DNA of 64,000 nucleotides from NCBI GenBank assembly GCA_029060025.1, contig JAIDUV010000049.1, positions 8,904 through 72,903 of the forward strand. Reading direction: 5' to 3'. The notes under the pieces are model-generated. The model did no database searches and was not told the DNA's origin. It was given only the letters and a program-made list of their open reading frames with translations. This document shows, piece after piece, positions 46,471 through 56,350 of this stretch. The stretch comes from Clostridia bacterium. Lineage in GTDB: Bacteria; Bacillota; Clostridia; Christensenellales; UBA3700. Numbering within the stretch: the stretch's first letter is position 1; each line of letters opens with the position of its first letter. The position numbers and the translations under genes are program-made.

Positions 46471-46578
46471 ATACTTACAAAAAGGCCAAAGGTCGAATAT
46501 AGTCTTTCCAAACGTGGAAAGTCGTTAATGCCCATTCTTGACAGAATGGGCGAATGGGGCTACAAAAATAGAATTTAA
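46471..46578 (+). pseudogene. HxlR-type regulator remnant (C-terminal ~35 codons only)
   Basis: Reads ILTKRPKVEYSLSKRGKSLMPILDRMGEWGYKNRI*, matching the wing and C-terminal helix of HxlR-family regulators. Preceded by stop codons. Confidence 0.5.
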
Positions 46579-46607
46579 TCTAAGCTTTTAGTTCATCATT
46601 GATAAAT

Positions 46608-46637
46608 CAAAAAGACCTGCAAATGCAGGTCTTTTGC
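46608..46637. terminator. Terminator hairpin AAAGACCTGC-aaat-GCAGGTCTTT
   Basis: 10-bp perfect stem with T-runs on both strands. A near-identical hairpin lies at 48101-48124. Confidence 0.75.
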
Positions 46638-46652
46638 TTTACTGATTAATTA

Positions 46653-47321
46653 TCAGTTGTTATTATCTTCTGCGACTGGAGGCAACGATATGCTCGTGCT
46701 ACCCACGCCGGAAATCGTCAAAGTAAATTTAGTCGTCATACCGTCGTCACTATTTGTAATGGTCTGTTCTGCATACACGAATTTTCCGCCTATAATTTTG
46801 ATCAATACATTGTATCCTTCTAAGTTACCTACATAACCATTCTTGTCTTTATCATAGGTGAATTTGGAGAAATTATCAGAAAGTTGGTCAAAGTTACCAA
46901 TACTCAAATCAACGTTGTAACTAAGCTCTTCGCGAGACCATGTCTTTTCTTCTTCATCGTAGCTATATCGATATACCTTATCTCCCTCTTTTGCTACGTA
47001 AGATTCATCCACCTCTTTTTGCAAACCGTCTTCCTCGTCGATATATTCCGTAGTTTTCTTCGTATGAATCTTGTCACCGTCATACTCCGTAACCTCGGTT
47101 ATCGTAAATTCAATACCGTCTTCTGTTCCGGTCGTTACCTGATTAATCGTAGCATTTTTTACATCACTGTAATCAAACGCTTTTACCCACTGCTCGGCGG
47201 TTACCTCTTCGCCTTTCATATTTGCCGGATTTTTATCGCCGTTGCAAGCTACGAAAGACACTGCCATAACGATTGCCAAAACCATTATGGTAATTGCTGC
47301 CCAAAAATGTCTTTTTTTCAT
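46653..47321 (-). CDS. Lipoprotein, unknown function
   Basis: 222 aa. RBS ggaggtg. Lipobox FVAC. Acidic, beta-rich sequence. Confidence 0.75.
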   Translation of the reverse strand: MKKRHFWAAITIMVLAIVMAVSFVACNGDKNPANMKGEEVTAEQWVKAFDYSDVKNATINQVTTGTEDGIEFTITEVTEYDGDKIHTKKTTEYIDEEDGLQKEVDESYVAKEGDKVYRYSYDEEEKTWSREELSYNVDLSIGNFDQLSDNFSKFTYDKDKNGYVGNLEGYNVLIKIIGGKFVYAEQTITNSDDGMTTKFTLTISGVGSTSISLPPVAEDNNN

Positions 47322-47349
47322 AAATACACCTCCAAAAAAGATTTATTAT

Positions 47350-47377
47350 ATTCTACCCCCCCCCCGCATTATGTCAA
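47350..47377 (-). promoter_or_regulatory. Promoter with a G10 homopolymer inside the -35/-10 spacer
   Basis: Minus strand: TTGACA (47377-47372), taatgc + G10 (poly-C at 47356-47365 on plus), TAGAAT (47355-47350). Spacer is 16 nt. About 25 nt from the RBS of the lipoprotein gene. Confidence 0.6.
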
Positions 47378-47428
47378 GCGGTTTTAAGAAAAAAATTCAA
47401 TTTCAGACAAATCATTCATTCCACCGTC

Positions 47429-48085
47429 TTACTCTTTACCAAACTTTACCGTAGATAAATCTTTGCCGGGTAATATAATGGGATAGACATTCTCTTCTTC
47501 TGTGATCATAAATTCAAGCAAAGTGGGCGTATCAGTTTGCTGCATCGCAAAGACAAAAGCGTCGTCTATATCTTCTTTATTCATGATTCTTTTATGCCTT
47601 ATATCATAACTATCTGCAAGTTTTTGAAAATCAGGAACGTAAGCAGGACAATCTTGCATAGTCGAGCATTGCTTAGGACACGTTGATCTCCGCCTTAAAC
47701 AAGTACTTTGGTATCTTTTCCCATAATACAACTCTTGCCATTGTCTGATGTTGCCGAGCCAACAGTTATTCAGCAAACAAATTATGATTGGCAAGCCGTT
47801 GATAACTGCCGTCGCAAGTTCTTGCACGTTCATTTGAAATCCGCCGTCGACTACTATTGCCACAACGGGAATTTGCGGATTTGCCAACTTTGCGCCTATC
47901 GCCGCAGGCAGACCAAATCCCATAGTGCCGAAACCGCCCGACGTCAATAATTTCCTACGTTCGTTTAGTTGCAAAAACTGCGTTGTCCATAGTTGGTTTT
48001 GTCCTACGTCGGTTGCGACAATAATCAAGACGCTATGCGCCTCCCTCGCTATTCCGTCGCTTTCGCTCCTTACAAGTCCCGCCGT
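47429..48085 (-). pseudogene. Acetolactate synthase large-subunit fragment (C-terminal ThDP domain only)
   Basis: ...EAHSVLIIVATDVGQNQLWTTQ...SGGFGTMGFGLPAAIGA... The frame opens only at 48085, right against the neighbouring terminator. The N-terminal ~2/3 of the gene is absent. Confidence 0.7.
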
Positions 48086-48098
48086 CTAGTACCACCTT

Positions 48099-48126
48099 AC
48101 AAAGACCTGCAAACGCAGGTCTTTCG
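48099..48126 (-). terminator. Terminator hairpin AAAGACCTGC-aaac-GCAGGTCTTT downstream of anSME
   Basis: Twin of the 46611-46634 hairpin (one loop difference). Confidence 0.6.
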
Positions 48127-48139
48127 ATTTGTTTTCTTA

Positions 48140-49231
48140 TTATTTTTTTTCGTTGATAAACACTCTAAACAACGGCAGACAAGCGCTAAAAAATTGTTTA
48201 TAGGCTTGGCAATAATCGCGATCTTCTTTTGACCTTTTGCAACCTCCGCCGCGGCATACGCGGAAGTAAGGACACTCTCGACATTGATTTGAAATATTAA
48301 AGGAACCGCGTGTAAATTCGTCGGCTTTTTTGCTGAATGCCAACTGTGTGAAATCTTCGTTATTGACGTTGCCTAGCAACCATTCGTCCAAGCAGTAAAA
48401 ATCGCAGGGATAGACGTTGCCGTTGCCCTCAACGACAAATTGGCGGGAACAAAAACCGTTCATACCGCATTGCTCTGCGTGTCCGCCCAAGAACAATCTA
48501 ACGTAATTGTCAAACTGTCGAATACTGACGTACTCTCCCTTAACGTAGTCTTTTACGTATAGATTGAATAATTTAATCAAAAACGACGAGTATTGCTCGA
48601 CGGTCATATATAAATTGCTTTCGCTCCTATCCCCAAAAGGGCGCAAACACGGAATGAATTGCAAGTATTTGATGTCTTGGCTCTTAAAATATTTGTATAC
48701 TGACTCGATATGATCCGCCGTATATCCGGTGGCAACAATCAAGACGTTGAAATCCACTTTGCGCGCTTTAAGCAAATCCATAGTTGCTTTAACTTTTGGA
48801 AAGGTATAATTCAGATTGCTATCTAATCTAAAGCGGTTGGCGTCTTGGTCTCCGTCAAGGCTCAATCCCAACAAAAATTTGTTTTCCACAAAAAAGTCTG
48901 CCCATTCCTCGTCAATCAACGTGCCGTTGGTCTGCATATTGTAATATACCTTGCAGCCTTGCGTATTATACTTATTTACCGTCGCAATAAAGTCTTTGAA
49001 GAACTCTTTGCCTGCAAACAACGGTTCGCCGCCTTGAAAGGCAAAATAAATGCTTCCGCCCTCGCAAAAAGCGAGGGCTTTTTTTATCAGATTTTCCGCC
49101 GTACTTGGCGTCATAATTCCATAAGACGAAGCCTCTCTAGACTGCGCCACGGAATGGTAGAAACAATATTTGCATCGCATATTACATATACTCGACGCAG
49201 GTTTTATCATAATGGATAAATCTTTTTTCAT
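48140..49231 (-). CDS. Anaerobic sulfatase-maturating enzyme (radical SAM/SPASM)
   Basis: 363 aa. CNMRCKYCFY (CxxxCxxC) and a C-terminal Cys-rich SPASM region (CRECPYFRVCRGGC). Adjacent to a sulfatase gene. Confidence 0.85.
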   Translation of the reverse strand: MKKDLSIMIKPASSICNMRCKYCFYHSVAQSREASSYGIMTPSTAENLIKKALAFCEGGSIYFAFQGGEPLFAGKEFFKDFIATVNKYNTQGCKVYYNMQTNGTLIDEEWADFFVENKFLLGLSLDGDQDANRFRLDSNLNYTFPKVKATMDLLKARKVDFNVLIVATGYTADHIESVYKYFKSQDIKYLQFIPCLRPFGDRSESNLYMTVEQYSSFLIKLFNLYVKDYVKGEYVSIRQFDNYVRLFLGGHAEQCGMNGFCSRQFVVEGNGNVYPCDFYCLDEWLLGNVNNEDFTQLAFSKKADEFTRGSFNISNQCRECPYFRVCRGGGCKRSKEDRDYCQAYKQFFSACLPLFRVFINEKK

Positions 49232-49238
49232 AAATCTA

Positions 49239-51554
49239 TCAACTACGCTTTTCGGCGTTCAACGTAGTGTAATACAACGCGTAATCTTTTGTGCCGTCGT
49301 TATAGTATGCGGCATTTATTCCTCTGCGATTTTTAGAGAGTTTTTTCTCCCACTGCGACAAAGTACTGTTCAAATCTTTTGCTATCAGCGGGAACATATC
49401 GGCGCGCTGATAATTCTCTCCCCAATCGTCACTCAAACAAATAAGCCAATTCTTCCTGCTCTTATCGGGGAATGCGGGATTGTCGTTTTGCATTTGTCTG
49501 AAATACTTCCACACAGTATAAGATTGCGATTGAATAAAATCATACTCTTCAGCCATCTCTTTTGTCACCGTATACGTCTGAGATACGCCCAAAGAATTGA
49601 TTATCTTGACTTCGCTGCCGATGATCATATCCAGCGCTTCGTTCTTTGGTATGGAGTACGATACCGACTTGATCTTCTCTCTCTTCATATAGAGTATAGG
49701 TCTGCTCTGTCCGTGTATATACTCCGTAAATTTGCCCTGTTCGTCGGGTAGGTATAGCGAATTCATAGACACGCCGTCTATCTCTCTGTCAAAAGGCATC
49801 ATAGCATCGTATACTTGCTCGCCTACTAAGCCCTTGATTCCGCACAGTTCGACCAAAGTCGGGAAAAGATCGACGTTGGTGGCTTGGGCAGAAACCTTCG
49901 TGCCCGAGTTCATATATTGATTATTTCCGTATCGAATATAATAAGGGACTTTTTGTCCGCCCTCATACGCGGTATATTTACCGCCTCGCAAATCGTCTGT
50001 CGAGCCTTGCAAAGCCGGTCCGTTGTCTGACGTAAACACAATGACTGTGTCGTCCAGCACGCCCAACTCCTGCATATTGTAGAAAAGTTCGCTGAGATAA
50101 TAATCAAATTCCGTTACGCAATCGGCATATATACCGGCGCCTGTCGCGCCTTGACCCACCGACACTTCTTTGCCTGTCTTTTCCCATCTGTGAGTATCGT
50201 AATTATAACCGTATTCCGGCTTTTGAGTCGGACTGCCGGCATAGATCGGAGCGTGCGGCCACGGCGTAGCGTAATAAGCAAAGAACGGAGTACCTTTGTC
50301 ATAAGTATCACTGCTCTTTGTCTCTTCGCCTTTGACGACGTCTCCTATCCATTCGTTGATAGACTCGTGACAGTATTGCGTCAACATAGTCTGGTCTATC
50401 TTGGTTCCACCGTTGACGATCTAGTATCTGCCGTCGCTTTCTTCGACGTAATAGAAAGGTGTCATATCGTTTACGTAGTGCGAGCCGTAGAAATAATCAA
50501 AGCCCTGATTGGTTGGGAGATACTCGCCGTAATCACCCAAATGCCACTTGCCAAATCCGCCGGTAGCATACCCCGCGTTTTTGAATACTTCAGCAAGCGT
50601 AATCTCGTCTCCAAGCATACCGTCTACGTTACCGCCCATCTCAATAGCGTTAAAAAGTCTTGTAAAGCATACCGGCATTGACGTCGTGACAGTCGGATAG
50701 ATTACGTTGTCGGCGTAACCTCTGTATGGGTATCTGCCTGTCAGCGTAGCAAATCTCGACGGCGAGCATACGGAATAACTTGCGTAGAAGTTATCAAACG
50801 CAACTCCTTCCTGTCCGACAAAATCCATAGCAGGCGTACTGTATACGGTATTTCCATTGTACGACGTATCACCGTAACCCATATCGTCCATCAAAATTAC
50901 CAACACGTTGGGTGATTGAGAATTTACGCCGTTCTTATTATAATAATCGTTAAGCGCTTTCAAATAATCGTCTTCTCCGCCTGACATATCTACGGCAACA
51001 GGCTTTGCGCGCAAATTGCACGTAAATATCAACGCTACGGACGCAAGTATAAGAGATACTGACAAGACGGATGCAATTGGACGCACAAACTTCTTATCGC
51101 ACAATTTTTTGCATATCAAAAACAATACCGATGCCAACGCAACGCACGGCGATACTATCAAGATATTGCCTGCAAGCCTTGTGAAGAAGTTGCCCTCACC
51201 TTGCCATAGATAGTGATCGACGTTGACGAAGCCGTCCTTACCGGTGGACAATGCTCCCCAACCGCTGTCCGCGCCTGCCACGATATAAAAACTCGCAATT
51301 GCGAATATCGGCAGCGCGTAAGCCAACAAAAGCCATTTGTTGAGTCTTGCCTTGAATACCACGTTGACGAAAATAACTACCGATACGATAAATAAAAATA
51401 TCAAATTTATCAGCGTAATTAAATTCAGACCTATAATCCATTGCGTCAAGGTCAGTGCCACTGCAATAAATACCAAAGCAATGGGAAATTTGTTCTTAGA
51501 ACTTTGAAATTCAAATTTGCGACTTTGCGTTTTATCTTTTTTCAATCCCGTCAC
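49239..51554 (-). pseudogene. Membrane-anchored Cys-type sulfatase interrupted by one in-frame TAG
   Basis: ORFs 50421-51554 (about 5 TM segments, then LMDDMGYGD, SVCSPSRFATLTGRYP) and 49239-50387 (FTSDNGPA) are in the same frame: ...ESDGRY-TAG(50421-50423)-IVNGGTKIDQTMLTQY... Confidence 0.75.
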
Positions 51555-51697
51555 CGTAAAAGCGACTTAGAACTTATTAGATAAATCTCCCGCCGCTACC
51601 TTTAAATGTTTATAAACAAATTATATCACACACAAAAAGCCGCGCGCAAGGACTTGCCTAAATATTTTTCGACAACAAAGTTATAATGCGCGATACG

Positions 51698-52384
51698 TCA
51701 GGCGCGCGTCGGCATCTTAAAATCTTTCAAAGCCTTATTGATATAATCGTTAAACGGCTTCATTGCTTTGAATATCTCCAACGCCTTTTTGACAAATCCC
51801 TCCGTGTCGCGCACTTCTTCGTCCGTCACAAAGCACTCCAAATACCAAGATTTATTTTTCAGGTACTGGGCTTGCGGATGCTCCTTGTCATATCCCGCAG
51901 GCACGTTTTTTAACGCCGTGCCTTTGACTTCAAAATATTTTTTAAATTCCGAATCGTTTATTATCTTCTCCCATTCGTCAGGATGCTCGGCTATATAGTT
52001 GCGTACCATTGTCGTTGCTTCGGAGAACATATCCGCAAACAATCCGCCGCCTAAAAACGTGCCGCCGTTGGGCTTTATCATTATATAATATCCGACCGGA
52101 ATAGGAAGTTTACCCATTGAAGATATATGCGCTCTAAAGGAGGCATTATACGGCGATTTGTCGTGACTGAATCTCGTGTCCCTCACGAGTTTGAAGGTCA
52201 ATTCTTTAGCAACGTTATTCAACACGCTCGGATCAAACTCTCCAATGCCGTAAATGAGTTCTTGAATCAACTCTTCAAACTGCGCCGTTGCCACTTGCCT
52301 TTCTTTCTTATGGTCGGCAAACCATTCGCGATTGTTGTTTTCACTCAAATTGCTTAAAAAATCCAACATTATTTTAGTGTCCAT
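51698..52384 (-). CDS. DUF2461 (TIGR02453) family protein
   Basis: 228 aa. FLSNLSENNNREWFADHK N-terminus and RDTRFSHDKSPY are typical. Confidence 0.7.
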   Translation of the reverse strand: MDTKIMLDFLSNLSENNNREWFADHKKERQVATAQFEELIQELIYGIGEFDPSVLNNVAKELTFKLVRDTRFSHDKSPYNASFRAHISSMGKLPIPVGYYIMIKPNGGTFLGGGLFADMFSEATTMVRNYIAEHPDEWEKIINDSEFKKYFEVKGTALKNVPAGYDKEHPQAQYLKNKSWYLECFVTDEEVRDTEGFVKKALEIFKAMKPFNDYINKALKDFKMPTRA

Positions 52385-52424
52385 AATTTTTCACTCCGTA
52401 AATTTAAATTTTTAGTTTTGTATT

Positions 52425-52973
52425 CTATGACTTAATAAAAGCCTTATACGCCTTGACAAGCAAATCGGCAATTTCCTCATCGGAAATATTTGCGCTGCTG
52501 GTAGCAGTCATTGACGCCACGCCGTGCGTAAATACGATAAGCATTATATACACTTCTTTTATTTTCTCTTCAGACAGTGACAGTCTGTCTGCAATTTGTT
52601 TGGTAGCCGATTTATCTCCCATCCACTCGTAAATATCGTCAAAACTGTTGAGACCGTTCAACTTTTGAAAGAATAGCATCTTGAATAAATTCGTTTCATA
52701 TTTTGCAAACGCCACGTTGGCTATTGCCATACTTTCTAATATTCGATCGTTATCTATGCGTGAATAAATAAACTCGTTGTAAAACTTCATTGCCGCGCCG
52801 TAAAGCGCCTCTTTGAGCGTATCCATATTATTGAAATAACTGTATATCGGTTGAACAGAACATCCCATACGTTGCGCTACGCTTCGGGCGTTTACGCTTT
52901 CAAAGCCCTCTTCTCTTGTCATTTGCAACGCTATCTTCAATAATTGCGCTTTGTCTACTGTCTGCTTAGGCAT
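52425..52973 (-). CDS. TetR/AcrR-family transcriptional regulator
   Basis: Start probably ATG 52973 (MPKQTVDK...). HTH FESVNARSVAQRMGCSVQPIYSYF. Confidence 0.8.
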   Translation of the reverse strand: MPKQTVDKAQLLKIALQMTREEGFESVNARSVAQRMGCSVQPIYSYFNNMDTLKEALYGAAMKFYNEFIYSRIDNDRILESMAIANVAFAKYETNLFKMLFFQKLNGLNSFDDIYEWMGDKSATKQIADRLSLSEEKIKEVYIMLIVFTHGVASMTATSSANISDEEIADLLVKAYKAFIKS

Positions 52974-52982
52974 ATATTCCTT

Positions 52983-53016
52983 ATAATTACATTTGTTATA
53001 TAACATTTGTAATTAT
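52983..53016. promoter_or_regulatory. Imperfect palindrome upstream of the TetR gene (operator candidate)
   Basis: ATAATTAC atttgttatataacattt GTAATTAT. 8-bp perfect outer arms around a TATATA centre. Confidence 0.35.
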
Positions 53017-53095
53017 ACATTGCAAACTTAATCAAGTCAAGCATTTTGACAAAACAAATACTGTATTTATGATTTTTATAAGGGATTAAATAAAT

Positions 53096-54469
53096 TTATT
53101 TTTTTACAAGCCCATAGATTATGCCTACCATATCTGCCAAAGCCCAACCTATCGGAATCGCCATCCATATCCCCACTTCTCCTATAGCGGTGCAATACGT
53201 CAGAATATATGCAAGCGCAACTCGCACCCCAAGAGATATCACCGTCAGCACGATGGACATTGCCGGCTTGTTGATAGCGCGATAATATCCGTACAGCATA
53301 AATAGCAGTCCTATCCCGACGTAACACGCGCCTTCGATACGAAGATATTTCACGCCTATTGCGATCACCTGTATTTCCTCTGCGTCGACGAATACCGTCA
53401 TAAGTTGCCTTGCCAAAAGACAGACCGCTAGGCTTATAATTGCGCAAAAACATATCACCATAAGCCCTGCCGTCTTGACGCCTTTTTTCACTCGCTCTCT
53501 CTTTTCCGCGCCGTAATTTTGCGCAACGAAAGAAGAAAAAGCATTGCCGAAATCTTGGACAGGCGAATACGCAAGCGTGTCTATCTTTACGCCTGCGGCA
53601 AACGCCGCCATAACTGCCGTGCCAAAACTGTTGACCAAGCCCTGCACCATCAAGATACCAAAGTTCATAATAGACTGCTGAATACAGGTCAAAGCAGACA
53701 GGCGCGAGATATTTTTGAATACGCCTTTATCCCACTTCATATCCGCCCTTCTTACCCGCAGATTTCCGCAACCGATAAAATAATACAACGCAATACCTAT
53801 TGCCGACAAATACTGCGCTATGACTGTTGCCGCCGCCACGCCTATGACTCCCCATTTGAAATAAAGAATAAAAAGCAAATCAAGCGCGACGTTAGTCACG
53901 GCAGACACCGCAAGAAATATCAAAGGTATCGTTGAATTACCGACCGCGCGAAGAAGATTGGCAAAGATATTATATAGAAAAGTCGCAAAAATACCTGCGA
54001 ATATCACAAGCATATATTGACAGAACGCCGACTGAATCTCGGCGGGTATATTGAGTAATTTAATCAACGCGCCAAGCAATGCGTAAGCAATAGCGTTGAG
54101 CGCAACCGTAACGACAAGAATACTTACAAAAGAGATAAAGAAAGACTGCCTTATTCCCTGATAATCTTTCTGCCCGAATTTCATTGAGAAAAACACGCTG
54201 CTTCCCATACACAGACCTATGATCACCGAGGTAATCAAGATCATTATCGTATACGCCGAGCCTACTGCCGCTAAGGCGTCCTTTCCAAGGTATTTGCCTA
54301 CGACAATGGTGTCTACGATATTATAAAATTGTTGAAGCAGATTGCCTATCATTACCGGCAAAGAAAACAGAATAAGTTTCTTGAGTATTGAGCCTTCTGT
54401 CAAATCTACCGTTTTCTTAACTTCAAATTTCTTATTGCGTCCGACAGCATCTGTCGATTTATCTTTCAT
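53096..54469 (-). CDS. MATE-family efflux transporter
   Basis: 457 aa, 12 TM segments. N-terminal LILFSLPVMIGNLLQQFYNIVDTIVVGKYLG is typical of MATE. Confidence 0.85.
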   Translation of the reverse strand: MKDKSTDAVGRNKKFEVKKTVDLTEGSILKKLILFSLPVMIGNLLQQFYNIVDTIVVGKYLGKDALAAVGSAYTIMILITSVIIGLCMGSSVFFSMKFGQKDYQGIRQSFFISFVSILVVTVALNAIAYALLGALIKLLNIPAEIQSAFCQYMLVIFAGIFATFLYNIFANLLRAVGNSTIPLIFLAVSAVTNVALDLLFILYFKWGVIGVAAATVIAQYLSAIGIALYYFIGCGNLRVRRADMKWDKGVFKNISRLSALTCIQQSIMNFGILMVQGLVNSFGTAVMAAFAAGVKIDTLAYSPVQDFGNAFSSFVAQNYGAEKRERVKKGVKTAGLMVICFCAIISLAVCLLARQLMTVFVDAEEIQVIAIGVKYLRIEGACYVGIGLLFMLYGYYRAINKPAMSIVLTVISLGVRVALAYILTYCTAIGEVGIWMAIPIGWALADMVGIIYGLVKK

Positions 54470-54503
54470 TTCTTTATCTCTACTATCTCACGCCGCAAAT
54501 TTA

Positions 54504-56162
54504 TTAGACGTATTGACCGTTGCGCACATTGAACTTCAAAGTGACAAGTTTGCCGTCCTCTTCAAATACCGCTTGCATAATATCGTCCTGCACAAACTCT
54601 GCAGAAATGATTTTGATATCCTTTTGTGCAAAAGTCTCTTTGAGCGCAGCCTTTTGCTCTTCTCCATAACTGCTTACGTCGTCGGATATAAACAGCAAAC
54701 TACCAAAAGTCGAGTTTATCTTTGCCACGAGTTTGCGCTGCTCAAAAGTCATATACATATTGTAATCTCTCAACATAAATACGTCGGGGTCGTTCATCCA
54801 AGCCCTGCCGTTGAGATGGCGGCGGAATATAGTATTGCAAATCGTATGCGGCGTAGACACGTCGTCTCTTATCTTATTCTTTTTGTGTTGCCAAGACAAT
54901 TCTACGTCAGAGCCTATACGGCAGTAATCCACCTTTCCGAATGCAGGCATAAGCGGAACGCCGCAACCGAGTATCAACTTATCTCCGCAACACTCTCTCA
55001 ACAAGTCCATAGCGTCGCACATAATCTCTCCGCGCGTCTTATTATGCATCGGCAAAACGCACGCGCCGTACAAAAAGTCAAGTTTGACAAGGTCATATCC
55101 CCATTCGTTGAGCACGACGTCAAAGACGTGTTTAATATACGCTCTCGCGCCTTCGTTGTAAATGTCGAGAGAATAAAATCCTCCCCAGTTGTGACCTGTG
55201 TTGTAAGACCTGCCGTGTTTGTCCTTTATAAACCAATCTGGGTGTTCTTTAAAAAGTCGTGACCTCTTTACTCCCGCAAACGGCGCAAGCCAAAGCCCTG
55301 CGAGCATACCCTTAGAATGAATGCTGTCTGCGACTACTTTCATACCGTCGGGGAACTTATTTTTGTCAGTAGTTAGCCAATCGCCTATATTCTCTTGATA
55401 TCCGTCGTCGATTTGAAAACAGTCAAACTTGGTATCTTGAGCGGCAATGCTCTCGAGATCTCGGTTGATAACATCTTGGCTTATGCGATTGTAATAGTTA
55501 TACCAAGAAGTATATCCGCAGCGTTTCTTCGTCTCGCGCGGTTTTACGCCCATTTTATCAAAATATCTGTCAAACGCCTCTTCGTATTTTCCTGATATAT
55601 GCGCAAGTTCCAACAACTTGTTTTCACCCATATATTCTACGCCTTGCAATTCTTTGGATATTACGACCTCGTTATTATTACAGTCAAAAGTCACGACAGT
55701 GTAGCCGTATCTCTCCGTCAATGACCCGAATATCTCCACATCCTCGCCGCGGCGGACGTAACCGTACGACCAGCCGTAAAATATCCCACTCTTTCTTGGA
55801 TAATCCCAAAAGAGAATATCTCCCGCCTTTGGAAGTCCTATTCTTCTCAACAAAGTCTTGGTGACGAGAAATTCCGTCAGTCTCGTCAACTCTTTCATTT
55901 GACCGCTCGGCTTATACTCCATACTGTCCGTCCAACTCTGATAGCCGTTGACAAAAATTCTATCGTTTGCATTATATTTATACGGAATTTTAATATCGAA
56001 TTTCAAAAATCTTACTTTGGCTTTTGCATTGAGCGCGACTTTCAATATGTCGTCTTCAACAACTGCGTCCAAAGAAAAATGCTGATTTCCGCCTGAATTG
56101 CAGACGTATTTCTTGCCGTCTACGACGTATTTTATGTCGTATTTAATTGTGTTCAAGTCCAT
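54504..56162 (-). CDS. Clan GH-D glycosidase, GH36-like alpha-galactosidase
   Basis: Start ATG 56162 (RBS ggagg). CFQIDDGYQENIGDW, WLAPF, LVKLDFLY. Confidence 0.6.
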   Translation of the reverse strand: MDLNTIKYDIKYVVDGKKYVCNSGGNQHFSLDAVVEDDILKVALNAKAKVRFLKFDIKIPYKYNANDRIFVNGYQSWTDSMEYKPSGQMKELTRLTEFLVTKTLLRRIGLPKAGDILFWDYPRKSGIFYGWSYGYVRRGEDVEIFGSLTERYGYTVVTFDCNNNEVVISKELQGVEYMGENKLLELAHISGKYEEAFDRYFDKMGVKPRETKKRCGYTSWYNYYNRISQDVINRDLESIAAQDTKFDCFQIDDGYQENIGDWLTTDKNKFPDGMKVVADSIHSKGMLAGLWLAPFAGVKRSRLFKEHPDWFIKDKHGRSYNTGHNWGGFYSLDIYNEGARAYIKHVFDVVLNEWGYDLVKLDFLYGACVLPMHNKTRGEIMCDAMDLLRECCGDKLILGCGVPLMPAFGKVDYCRIGSDVELSWQHKKNKIRDDVSTPHTICNTIFRRHLNGRAWMNDPDVFMLRDYNMYMTFEQRKLVAKINSTFGSLLFISDDVSSYGEEQKAALKETFAQKDIKIISAEFVQDDIMQAVFEEDGKLVTLKFNVRNGQYV

Positions 56163-56291
56163 AATATCCTCCAAAATATATAATGATTACCATAATATCT
56201 ATAAGTATATTATATAAAATCCCTCTATGTCAATACCGGCAAATTGAATTTAGCGCCTTTTGCCGTTTATTATCAATTTATTAAAAAAAGG

Positions 56292-56320
56292 TTGTATTTT
56301 GAGTCGCATTGTGCTAAAAT
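56292..56320 (+). promoter_or_regulatory. Promoter of fba
   Basis: TTGTAT, 17 nt, (TGc)TAAAAT extended -10. Confidence 0.5.
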
Positions 56321-56350
56321 TTATTTGATAAAAAAATTTGGAGGTAATTT

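Noticed and set aside
48073-48094. CAAGTCCCGCC...ACCA, an 11-nt match to the T-arm and 3' end of tRNA-Leu (45723-45733), as a possible att-site repeat closing an island.
   Set aside because: On the opposite strand the match lies inside the open frame of the ilvB remnant. It is short, and the acceptor part does not match. Most likely coincidence.
50421-50423. The in-frame TAG as evidence for stop-codon reassignment or pyrrolysine.
   Set aside because: TAG ends other well-defined genes in the window at plausible C-termini, for example the XRE gene at 2081-2083 and the S-component-like gene at 62824-62826. No pyl genes were seen.
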